Assembly (NCBI GenBank): GCA_964247055.1
Contig: OZ176050.1
Coordinates: 3,534,001 to 3,598,000 of the forward strand
Direction: 5' to 3'
DNA: 64,000 bases
Source: Paragordius varius
Lineage: Eukaryota; Animalia; Nematomorpha
The notes beneath the pieces were generated by a model. It made no database searches. It saw nothing but the letters and a program-made list of their open reading frames with translations, and had not been told where the DNA came from. Made by a program: the position numbers and the translations under genes. Shown here piece after piece: positions 24,734 to 37,182 of the stretch. Numbering within the stretch: the stretch's first letter is position 1; each line of letters starts with the position of its first letter.

Positions 24734-27700
24734 ATTTTTGTGTCAACCCAACCAAATCCATATGCTTATCATCCACCACCGCCCCCCATTCCACCCGAGC
24801 TTCCGTTTAGGGTTGATAAAACTATCACTAAGGAATATCATGTGACAAGAGATCAAATTAATCCCTTCATTGAAAACTTAAAGAATAATTTAAACAAACA
24901 GGGCGGACAAAATATTGAAACAGTGAGTGGGAATCCGGGTGAAGTATTACCCTTTTTAAAAAATGTTTACAAAAATGCCGAAGTTTTAAGTTTACAACAG
25001 GGACCACCGAATGCCGTGGCCATTCCAACCGGCGGATATTATGCACAAAATAATTTGGCCGATTATACTTTTTCGGCACAGAATGAGCATGGAAGAAATC
25101 AAAGGAGGGCATTTTACCGTGGATCTCTTTATTCGGCACAAAATCAAAATTATGATAAACCCCCAACTACTAAGAAAATAGGAGTTATTCAATCTACAAC
25201 TGCTACACCCTATTTTTATGGGTGGTCCCAACCGACTGAAAATTTGCAAGAATCTAGAAATGACGAAACAATACCCAGTTTTCAAGGGGTTTCACCCCTA
25301 CAATACCCTGATAACTTCATTAATAGTACACCGGGAGAATTTGTTCAAGTTTTTACGAGTGGTCATAGGGAAGGAAGATCATCCAACGCTAATAAACCTC
25401 AACCATATAAACCGAGTCAATTTAACTTTCATCAGCATGAATATAAATATCCCTATCCAGATTATGGATTAAACCCTGAAACTTCTCATAAGGCGGAAGA
25501 AACGTACACCATACAACCAAATTTGTTTTTACCCCAAAACGGTCCATCTGAGTTCCATAATGATTATCAAAACCGACAAACTGAAGAAGCACCAACGTTT
25601 ATAACTACAACGGTTGAATCTCGCAACACATATAAGGATCCGTACAGTGATTTTGATACAAGAGATTTATGGCAAACGTTTGATACGAATTATCCAACCT
25701 CAGAAAATGAAAATGAATACCAAGAGATTACCATCGAACCCGATGCGTATAGAAGAAATCAAGGTGTTCCAGCTAGATTTAAAAGGGAAGCCGGGAGCCG
25801 CCGGAATGTTTATGATAGAACTTTGGGATTTGAAAAACAAATTAGTGATTTGGATGACAACAGTTTGTTTGGGGATGATTTGACAAATCATGAACTCCAT
25901 AATGAAACGCGTAGTAAAAATGAAACTTTTCCACCCAGAAGAGTTCAGGGTTCACGAAGGCGACTCAAAAATAAACGAAAAGGGGAACTTATTAAAAAGT
26001 CATGGGGAGCTATTGAATCATCATCTTCCTCGAGTGTGCTGCTAAAGGATGAAAATTATTTCGATGAAATTGCCACAGATACTAGAAATGGCAAAATCAA
26101 GGATTTCAATGATATAAAATACAATGGTGATGACGATAATATAAGTGTTGATAGACAATATAAACCATTTGATAACGATATCAAGAGTTCAAGACATCCC
26201 AAGAACAAATTACAACGTAATCTTGTCGTAACAACCGAAATAGCAACGGTAACAGCAGTTAAACCCAAAGAATTTACGTGTTGTCACAAGCTTAAGGCAT
26301 TAACGTCGGCCATTGAATCGAATGCCGTATCCAAGGTAATTGAACATTTGGAGGAACATAATTTGATTAAACAAAAGGAAGAGGAACAGGGCGAAAAAAG
26401 TCAAAATCTTTTGTCCACGACAGCCTACACCACTGATTTCCAAATTAACAAATTGGTTAAACGGAATGTCACCCAGCTCAAATTGAAAAAGGGTGGGAAT
26501 AACTTTTTTGCCAAAGAAAACAGTGAAGAAACTGTTAAAACCAGATCGATATCAAACCTGGAAAGGGGTTTAGGGTACCCAGAATATCAGTCTTTTGATA
26601 AAAGTTCTCAACCCACAGCGACAAGAATTAATTTTAATGAAAAGCTAAATTTTAGGCTGAAAAATAATTCCAAAAACCGGGAACATGAAACCTCCTCGTT
26701 TGGTGACTTTGATTTTGAAATAAATAATTACGTTGTTAAGGATGTCCACAATTTTGATGTGGATAGCACACGACATCATCAAAAAACATTGCGACAAGAT
26801 ATTCAAGATATAGGTTTGGATATTGGAGGCGCTGGTTCAAGCCATAGAGACTCCTCAAGTGTTTGGGATAGTGGGGATGGAACTGGTTCTCGAACAAACT
26901 ACAAGCATTATGCATATAAAGGGGATCGCCAGAATGTGATCACACACATTATACCCAAAGTTATAGGTTAAAATTTGTCAATTTTGTCAAATTTTTATGT
27001 ATGAATGGGGTTATTATAGTCTAAAAGTTTAATAATTTGTATTTGTAGTTTTTGAGGATATCGGTTAGGTTTTTATAGGCATTCAATTTGCTAAGGGATT
27101 CAATGATTTATTTTTTAAATTTAACCGAAATTATTGATTGAAATATTCCGTTAAATTCTTCTGAAAGATCCTATTTTTTAAAGAAAACCTATATTCCATA
27201 GTTATATTTTATAAGTATTAAAAAAATATTAATCTTTACCGTAAAAGTTTTTAACTTTCGCATAATTTAATAAATGAAATGTTATAATTACAGGCTTATG
27301 ATGTCAATCTCCAAGTTATTATTAACATTTTATAATCTGTCCGTAGATACCAAAGTGAAATGCGATTACAGTCAAAATCGAATGAAAATTCGGATTTTCT
27401 TCAATTCCCCATTTCAAGGCATAATTTATGCCAAAGGATTTTACAAAATTGATAATTGTCGAGTACAGGGCAATGGAGAAACCACAATCGATTTTATTTT
27501 GCCTTTCAATGGGTGTGGTATGCAGACATTTACTGATGTATGATATTTATTGATCCAAAATAAACAATATACAAAATAAAAATAAATTAGTTTAAATTAT
27601 ATATAGGTTGTTTAAAAATATTTATTTTCACATTTTCACATTATCATATATAAATAATATTTAGAAAATATGTATATTTAGAGACAGTATTAATAATATA

Positions 27701-30700
27701 ATTGTTACTGATAAAAATTAATTATACGCTATTTTTTATCTCATAATACTAGAATACGAATTTAGCCAAGGGAAAGATGCGCCTTCAAAACACGGTTATA
27801 GTGATGTTCGATAGTGCATCAGGTGTGCTCGAGGCTTGGGACACGGCTTTTAGAACATCTTGTATGTTAGGGGGTTCGGGAAAAGATAAACTCAAAGCCA
27901 AAATAGGAGTTCCGTATGAATTTTTTAATGCTAAAATCGAAATAGTTTAGATAGAGTTTTAGATTCGTGAAATTGTTAGATAAGAGGTGAATTTATTTTG
28001 TCCTTAATTTCGGTTTAAAAGAATTGACAATTATTATTTGGTTCCGCTTTAATTGTTTGGATTAAATGGTTTTGGTTTAACATATTTTGACAAACAGATA
28101 ATATATTTAATTATTTTACAGGGTGAATAATAGGGTTAAAATTAAAATTTTACTCTTTATATGCTATTTTTTATGAATAATGGGAAAAAATAAGTTAATA
28201 AAAAAATTTAAAACATGGTTGCGCGTTAAAATTAGTTGCGGCTCACTAAAAACGGTTCCGATATCACATGCTCTGTTAATTAAAAACTTAGACATTGGCT
28301 AAAAATATAATTCTATAATATCATTAAAGATTATATGTAATTAATCATGAAATAAATACCCTTTTAAAGAATTACTAAAAATGGAAAAATTAGGATGATT
28401 GATACGAGCAAGGAAGTGTTGCCAGATTCAACCGTTCTCTCAAGCGCCCAGATGAAAATTGTTAAAGGGAAGGATATATTTGGTAGTCCGGCGACTTTAT
28501 TGCATTTGGGACATATTGGATCGATAGTTATTGAGGCGTCTTCTATGCAAGGTTTTAGCAATCTTATATAATTTAACAATATTTAAGGTTGTAATTATCG
28601 GCAATATTTAATTATAAATTTACCAAAATTGCTTGTAAAATCTCTAATTTTTTTCCTACCTTCTAAATTTTAAAAAATTAACGCATCAAAACTCTATTTA
28701 AAGAAATGACTAAGATCAAGGGCAATATATGTAGCCGTGTATACAAATTTAACCTTAATATTGCTGTCAGTAACCTATAACCTCTAAAAAATTTATATAA
28801 TATATTATTTAATAAATATGTAAAAATATTTTAATTTTATTTAACTAACTAATCAGGTATGATTGATCTCTCTGCATTCGATTGTTTTGCCCATGATGGT
28901 ATGGGAATGGGACTCATAAATTTGTTAGATGAAAATGGGTATATAAATTTACTATACATACATTAAATGCAATTACAGCTTCTTTTTGGGAACAAATAGC
29001 AATTTAAGTTTAAATTAAAATTACATATAAATACAGTAATTATTAAATTTATAAAAAGGAAAACAAAAAAAATATATCCCCTTGATTAATTATTTATAAA
29101 TTATCTGTTTGGGTTTCGAAATAAATAGAATTGTACAATGTTAACATTTTATTTTCTATTGTAATCATAAAGAATACACATAGAAATTAAGGGTCAATTT
29201 ATGGTTTTATTATTCGAAATATTGTTTGTTTTTATAATTTTATTTTTACTGTTGTACAATGATAGTAATCTACAACAGTATATTCATCATTTAAAAAACA
29301 CAAGTTATATAGTAGTAATATTAACATATATGCTTTTACAATAATCATTCAGATGTCCTTTGCATGGAAAATTAATTGGACCACAGGCTCGGACAGAACA
29401 TGATGGCAAAATTATTTTATTTGCACATTTCAAGGTTTTCAAATTCCCTGACGTACAAAATGTCTTTTTTGAGTGTTCCATCAAGATTTGTCATCATAAC
29501 TGTCCACAAGTAAAATTATTTAAAATATTACATTTTAATACTCATAATTGATATTTAATTGTTAATTTTTTGCATAATTTATTTTCAAATTAGCCAAATT
29601 GCCAAGGATACTCGGGAAAAAGTGGGGAAAGTCGAGGTTACCAAAGCAATCGTAGGAAAAGGCGGGACACAAATATAACTGAATTGTATAAAAAATATAT
29701 ATTTTTAACAATATATCTATATTAAATAATTACATCATATATTTTTTTATTAGTTTTACCAATAAAACTTTAAATGACGACCTTAATATGATCAATGGGT
29801 CATTGAATCGAACAGAATCACAAACTTCCTCGATCCATCTGTTTCAATCTATCGCGATTGCAATGCCAGAGAAAATGGAATCAATGAATCCGACCAGATT
29901 TGGTATATATATGTATAACCTATTTTACTTATAATTAAGGCACAGTTCATAAGTATCTTTATATCCATTTGCGCACCAAAATAATTTACTTTTTAAAAAT
30001 ATTTTAAAATTTTTTTATAGATTGATATTTTCCTAATTTTTTTTAATAATGCAGGCGAAACCAGATTATTTATAAAAAATAGTTAGCACTGATAATTTAA
30101 ATCAATCTAATCTGGATATTAAAAAATTGAAAACTCCCCTAGGCTTACGCATTAAAATTTAAAATTTTATTATGATTAAGTTCATATCAATGGTAAATGT
30201 AATTATATATGTGGTGCGTAATTTAAAATATCATTCTAATTTAATTTTAGTTGGAAACAATCGATCAAGTGATTCAGAATCGACTAAAAGCAATGTAAGT
30301 GAAAGTGATTATCATATTGATGCCGAAAACTTTGCAATGTACGAAGCAGAAAGAGCCCTTTCCGACGTATCTTTGGATGAGTTCGACTCATACCTGCCAA
30401 AAGACAAAGTTAATATGCAATCCTTAACCGATGAAAGTATTTCAATCCTTCAAACAAATGGTAACGGTGCGGCCAGCAAATCTAGAAAAATATATTGTTT
30501 CTCAAACACAACCATGATTTTTATCTACATTTTGCTGGCGGGTACAGGGCTATTCGGTGTTTTTATAGCAACATCCATCATATATTACATGATCCAAGTC
30601 GGTTATTATGGTAAAAAGGGCATATTTGCCGACAACGAAAGGAAGAACCCAAAAAAATTCATCGATAAAACTTCATTCAACATCGCATCTAACAATGGAC

Positions 30701-30912
30701 CGGCGTGTTTTACAGGAAATGCTAAATGGTGTACATCACCCCTCAATGGAAATGGCAGTGTAAATAGTAGTGAAAATAGTTCTGTAAGCTCTTTGAGGAT
30801 CCCAGAAACGTCAGAATATGTGGCGATGCAAAATAGTGCGCATGGCATTAACCAAAACCACAAAAATTTTGACAATCACAATACCGGGGATGTAAAATCA
30901 ACCTTTTTTTGA
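24734..30912 (+). CDS. Transmembrane ZP-domain (cuticlin/dusky-like) protein with a long low-complexity N-terminal region; 5' exon(s) not found
   Basis: Exons 24734-26966, 27347-27537, 27753-27913, 28394-28551, 28857-28938, 29353-29509, 29594-29685, 29754-29902, 30251-30912, all phase-compatible GT-AG. ZP-N C..RMKIRIFFNSPFQGIIYAKG...C; ZP-C FKVFKFPDVQNVFFECSIKIC; furin-type RRKRR; EHP-like IHLFQSIAI; TM segment MIFIYILLAGTGLFGVFIATSIIYYMI. Confidence 0.88.
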
Positions 30913-31266
30913 TTTTTTTGACTTCTTTCTTGTTTATACATAATATAATAATTGCATTTACTACTTTTGCCAAATAAATTTATTTAAATAATCAAAGAAA
31001 ATATTTGTGTATTAAATTTCATAATTATTTATATTAATAAATAATTTTTACATGGTTAAAAATGGTTTGTTAAAGACATATATCAATTACCTGAGTAAAA
31101 GTTAAAATAAACTTGTCTTATATTTGGCCCAATTTTCAGTATAATAAGACGGTAACAAAGAGTTAAGTAAATAAACAAAATTAAAGTTAACATTAATTAA
31201 AAAGCTAATAATATAATAATAATTCAATTTGATTTAAGTCTCGCCAATTTTGTTATATCTTACCTA

Positions 31267-32208
31267 ATGACTACACAAAAAATTGATTTTTTTTGCACTG
31301 CATTTAAAAACCCGAAATACATATTACTTCAATCGAATTGGAAATCTATTCTAATTTTTTCATGCCTTTTGTTACTCATAAATCCAATTATTGAACAATT
31401 CTTTAATTATTATGTTTCTCACCTGTACACAACAAATTTTGATCCTACTACCTTCCAAACAGAGACATATACAGGTACTTTACAATAAATTTGAAACTTT
31501 TTTGGGTCCAGTTTGACATAGAAAAACGGTTCTAGAAATAACGGTTAAATTATTTTTTTTGAAAAAAGATTTGGTTATTTTTTGATGAAAAAATTGAACG
31601 AACCCCATTCTTTTCAATTTTCTTCCATGTCTCACTTTTTTGAATTAAAAAAATTATCGAATAATAATCAATGCAAAATCATAATTTAAATGTTTAGAAT
31701 AAACAAAGAAAATTAAAAAACAAATAAAATTATAACTACATATACACAAAATTAGAAATAATACTACTTTGTTCAAAACCGTATGGAACAGTGGTTTAGG
31801 TTCAAAATAATTTTTCCTACCAATTATTTTAGGTGTATCATTTGCCAATAGATTTTTATCGGTTAAAATAAAAAATCTATTTTTCTAATAAACAAACAGT
31901 ATAGGGATAACTGGTTTTATTAATTTTTGTTGTTATGATAATAATCTTTGAATGTTTCTTAAACTGAATTGAAACATCCAGTAAAAATTTATATTATAGG
32001 GACAAAACGTTAAAATATAAGGACAAATAATTTTTTTGCAAAAGCCGCTTCAATAGGTGGCTCTTAAAAAATATATTTTTCTTTATGTTATTACGTTTTG
32101 TCCGTATCAACTTTTAACATAATTATTTATATTATGAATGGCAGAAATTCGTGAATATAAACACACTTTCCAAGTTAAATTAAACTACTCATTAAGGTTA
32201 TATTATGC

Positions 32209-32246
<38 letters not shown>

Positions 32247-33004
32247 GTCAGATATCCTAAAATAAATTGATTTAACAATTCAAAATTCCTTTTGTAGAAT
32301 TACGACCTGCAAAAAAGTGTCAGAATACTAAACAAGGTCCACTCCTCATAGCAGACAGTAATGGGAGACTTTGTAACATTTCACAAATTGACCCGACCAC
32401 CGATTGTTGTTATAGAGTTAAGGAAGAATCTAATCCCCCCTTCGACATGCACAAGCAATGTGCTTTGCAGTGTGACGCTTCAACCGAATGTTGCCGGTCT
32501 TTTGAATATTGTGTGGCTTGTTTCCTCAATAAATATAGCATGACTCATGAAATTTCAGATTTTGCAAATGCAAACAATGAAAGAAATGTTAAAATTCTAG
32601 ACACCATAAAAACGTATATTCAATCAAATGCTTTTGAACATAATTGGAAACAATGGAAAAGTGATAAATTCGTTTATCTTAAAACACTAGTGAAATATTC
32701 ATCCGATGATGAATCATCACCATACAATGAAATTAACATGAATGATGTCTATGAAATTGATAAACCATTAGAGATGACACCAGAAAATTTGATGTCCCAC
32801 TTGGAAAACACGGATTATTATTCATGGGATTGGCTAAACGATATTGATAACCTTTTCGAATTTGCTATGGCTAAGTGTCGAACCTCATCAAAAAGCCTAA
32901 TCTATAACCAAAATGCCTACCGTAACAACCAATATAAATACTGTTATAATTTGACGAACCCATCTTTGAGTGTTCATACGTCTTTCTTGCCGCCAAAACT
33001 TTAA
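31267..33004 (+). CDS. SPRING1: SREBP-regulating gene protein (SPRING1/C12orf49 family), probable join(31267..31474,32298..33004)
   Basis: CQNTKQGPLLIADSNGRLC, CC..FEYCVAC and FEFAMAKCRTSSKSL...Y...KYCY match the family. The putative first exon has a hydrophobic anchor (WKSILIFSCLLLLINPII) and a phase-1 donor compatible with the 32298 acceptor; that exon is inferred. Confidence 0.85.
31998..32106. mobile_element. Short TA-flanked MITE (family V)
   Basis: GGACAAAACGT...ACGTTTTGTCCG inverted ends. Related ends occur at 40646-40867, ~48412 and ~49611. Confidence 0.45.
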
Positions 33005-34025
33005 TTATTATTTTAATGATCTTAGCAAATCTTTTTGACAACATGTACTAGAATGCAGATTTAAAAAAACTACTTTTTGGTACATGAAGAAAAAGTTAAG
33101 ATATATGATAAAATAATAATAAAAAGTTTAAAAATAGTATGAGAAAGTGTCATGAAATTCGTTATAAAATAAATAAATTATCAAGTACACCAAAAATAAC
33201 CGTTACATTATTTCGGCTAAATAATGATCTCTATAGATAGTCGTCGAACACCCTATAATTAGGTTTTCTTTGTTGAATTTTAATCTAAATGAAATACACC
33301 TGATAACATCTAGTAGCATTTTATTATGTATTTGGATAGTCATCCTTTGGGTAAAATCCTAAACTTTTATTATTGTATATGAAATTTTATTTTAGTATAT
33401 GAAATCATGCCGTATAATTTAAAATATACAAGACAAAAGAACCAACATTTGTCAATTATAATTTATTTTTATTCCTATTATATATATGATGTGATGTATA
33501 CATACAATTTGTCTTTGCTAAATTTAGTTATTGAGTAATTTTGGTAGGTAATAAATGAATGATAATATAAGTTATATGATAAATTTGAGATATGAATATA
33601 GATGTAAACACACACATTATTTAAATAAAATATAGTTTTTACCAATCATAAAATATATAAAGTTTGAGATGCATGTTATTAATTTGCGGTAGAAGGGGCC
33701 AACCATCCAAAAACATTTTTCAGAATGCAATTTGGGCAGGAAGGAGGGCGTTAGGGACAAGAGTTATTTTTATATTAATAATAACAACATATAAATAATA
33801 GAAGAGTAATTGCATTTGGTGTCACATTTGAGTTATTATTAATATAACAAATATTTGGTATATAAAACATATAATACAAATATTGTGATCGTTATGATAA
33901 TAATAATAATACCGTCTTATTATGGACATGGTGAGGTTAAATAATTTTTTTTCAACTTTTAAACTCCAACAATCGACAGATCTATGATATTATACTTTTC
34001 CGACACTTTTTTAGTTTGCTATAAA

Positions 34026-36081
34026 CTAAATTTGATGGTGATTTGTGAGTAAGTTTGATAGTTCCAGATTTTTGAGCAATTGATTAAGCCATAAACGAAT
34101 AGAGGCATCCTCTTGAATACATTTTCCAAATGTGTTATCCTTCAATGGATCAGGTAAGCATTGTCTTAGAGCTTCTCTAGCCCTTAAAACGTATAATACT
34201 CCATGTAAAAACAAACAAAAAATTTATAAATATCCAAATAAATTTCGATGGCAATATATTTACAAGCGTGCACAAAAGACATCAACTTATTATATGTACT
34301 TAAAATATGATTTGACAAATCGTTAAATATTTACACAAAAAATAATATAATACTTTACAACAGAAAAAAAAGTCATTCTGAAATAAAGTATTTAGTGTAA
34401 TAATGATATATGATTGAATATCTTTAATATAACTTTTTGTTCATTTTACCTATTTGCCATATTTATTTTATAATAATATTAAACGCAAATCGCATTCGCG
34501 CAGTATTACACAAAGCACCAAATTATAATAAACTTCTGATTACATTTGCATTTTTTGGAGACGAATACATATTATATATCGGTATAAAAAAGTAAGCACA
34601 TTTATGCTTGCTTATTCACATTATTGTTGGTCCATTTGTAATACCGTAGCGTGCTATAAACAAATTTTGTCCATAATTAAGTATACAAACTAATGTAAGA
34701 TAGGGAAATAATGTTTAATTTCACATTTTGTTTTTTCCCATACACTACTGTTTGCCAATCAACCAATTATAATGTAAATGAGCCAGTATAAATGTGCATA
34801 CTGTAAATTAAAAAAAAATATTTTTTGATAGTTATCCTAGAGAATAAATTTGGATAATCTAATATATTTTTTTAAATAATTAGCGTTTGCTCTCAAAATT
34901 TAATCGAAAGAATTTTAAAGGTAATTAATTTTATTTTATACATAATATAATAATTTCCTCCTTTTAGCCTTAAACCTAAAAACCAAGGCGGCTAAAAGTT
35001 TAAAATAATTATTTTCAACATTTACATTGAATAATCATTTTTTGGTATAATCCAATAAGGCAGGGAATGCATATTTCTAATTTAACTCAAGTTTTTATTT
35101 TTGGTAGAAATCTAACCTGAAAGGTGTTGAAGTGTAGTAAATAAATGTAATACCTAGGATTGTCGGAAAGTCTGAGATAACATCTTATTACGTGTTTCAA
35201 AAGCCGTGTTGCAGGTTCTTTGGCTAAGCATAATACCATTTTACCCTAATTTTATATTCACAATAATTTATATACTAAAATCATTGCAACATGTGAAAAT
35301 CTTTCATAAGTTTGACAAATGTAGGAAAGCCCCGTTTCATCCAACAAAATTTTTTCTAAGATAAATGTTGCGACCTATGTACATATTAATGGGTTAATAC
35401 TGTTTTGGACAATTCAGTACCATTCTCCATAATTCTCAAGCATAATGGAATTATTTCCGTAGATAACAAAAAACTAATTACATCTTGATCGTCGGTCTAA
35501 TGAGAAATAGCATAAAAAATATTACTTTGACTAAGGCACCAATTACGCCAAGACTAGTTAGACGTAAGCATTCAAAGGGACGGTTTTGACTATTAGTATT
35601 GAGAAAGCTATATAAATAAAGTGGTATATTGGCTATAACATTATACACATATAATTAACCTTGGAGAAAAGGACCGCGTGTTTCAGCATGCGACGCAATA
35701 CATTGCATCAAAGCCAATGCATTGCAAACTCTGTTAGATTGTTGAGCCTTATATTAGATAACAAAAATTTACAGATAAATTTGGAGGCGCTAAGGATGGA
35801 TACAAATTAACAACTTCTTGCAATAAAGCAGCCACTGTTCCAAATGAATGCCATAACATTGGAGCTAAATCTGTTAAGGATTCGCGACGTTTACTATAAA
35901 CTATATAATTGATATACCTAAGTTCAAGAAGGGCGTTTTCTCTTAATTCGGGATTGCATAAATCTAAAATCCATTGGCTGACTCTGTCCTTATCTATCAG
36001 CTGCATATTAATTACTGGTTACCTAACAGCATAATACAAAATCCTCTGTAAATTTACCAATACCTTTTCACCATTATACAT
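34026..36081 (-). CDS. CNOT9: CCR4-NOT subunit 9 (Rcd1/CAF40), ~286 aa
   Basis: Exons 36081-36064 (tentative), 36000-35918, 35893-35773, 35747-35660, 35632-35526, 35496-35401, 35374-35276, 35245-35154, 34182-34026. The spliced product reads [117 protein letters not shown]. Confidence 0.96.
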
Positions 36082-37182
36082 GATGGTATTATGTTTTGCC
36101 CTAGAGTTTAAATATATTTTGAATAATTTATAAAAAGTCGTTTTTTATAAATGATGAATTAACGCTAAACATATAATGGGTAAAAAAACATTTATATTTT
36201 ATAATAATTTATTATACACAGTGCAAAAATATTAATATATGCTTATTTAGAAGTCCATCATGCTTTTGGTTTTGGGACAGACAATATAACTAAATTATTT
36301 ACGCTTTTGTACGATTTAATTTACAAAATCAAAATTACCTCACATTACACTTACACTCATCATACGTATTAAGTAGATTATTTATTTTATGGTATCATCC
36401 TCATATCAGGGAAAGGCAAAATTTGCGCTCAATTCGGTAAGTAATATTTTTTTGATTAAAAAATACTTTTCAAAAAATTTCACTAAAATAATTTATAAAC
36501 TATATATAAAAAGCTAAATATTGAATTCCGAGATCCAAATTCTCCCCTTCTTAACACTTGAATACCACACATATTCCATCCTTTGATTCGAATTAGAATA
36601 AGTGGATACCCCAGGCTTGTTTAAAATTAACTTCTTTATAAAATATGAAAGGAATAGAAGCCATGGCTAAATTTTCCATTTATGTAACATTAATAAACCA
36701 TATATATAAATATTAATTCAAAAAATACTTGATATTACTTATTTTAATGTAAAATCCAAATGAAAATTTGCATCGGCTAAATTGAAAAATAATACAAATG
36801 ATACCACTTTTTCTATTTCTATCACTGTTAGATGTAATTTATATGAAAAATTAGCTTTAATTTTTCTTTAAAATAAAATCAACACGATAAAAAATTTTAA
36901 ATAAAAATGGCGTCGAAGCATTTTTGACATAAAACTTTTTTAAGAAGATATTTTGTTAATTTTTATAATTTTTATTAGGATGGAATCATATATGTAAATT
37001 GGGACCGTTTCCGTCACTAATTTTGAATAAATATTAATTTTAATTTAGTCTGAGGTTAAGATACTCCCATTTGAATCTAACCAAATTATAATTTGAACAA
37101 TATTTTATAACCGAAAATTTAGCCATGAAAAAATGTACAATCATCTCGTTTTGATCACACGCATTTTAACACCGGATCTCAA
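36082..37182. promoter_or_regulatory. Inferred bidirectional promoter region between head-to-head CNOT9 and RABGGTA
   Basis: Inferred only from the divergent start codons ~1.1 kb apart; no core promoter motif identified. Confidence 0.35.
36555..37082. mobile_element. Second copy of piggyBac-like MITE W, lying between the divergent CNOT9 and RABGGTA starts
   Basis: TTAA|CACTTGAATACCACAC...CCTTTGATTCGAATT matches the reverse complement of 18660-18733. The far end (~37040-37082) matches the reverse complement of 18161-18210 but is degraded. Confidence 0.75.

Noticed and set aside
24867-26268. Overlapping ORFs at 24867, 24992, 25218, 25614, 25700 and 26056
   Set aside because: Shadow frames of the large ZP-gene exon with no recognisable motifs.
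34132-34326. Plus-strand ORF antisense to the last CNOT9 exon; also 30606-30875 and 32361-32543
   Set aside because: Explained as antisense or alternative-frame shadows of real exons.
36001-36063. Splitting CNOT9 intron 1 into 18-nt and 22-nt introns around a 23-nt micro-exon
   Set aside because: This shifts the frame into a stop; a single 63-nt intron, or initiation at the 36006 ATG, is simpler.
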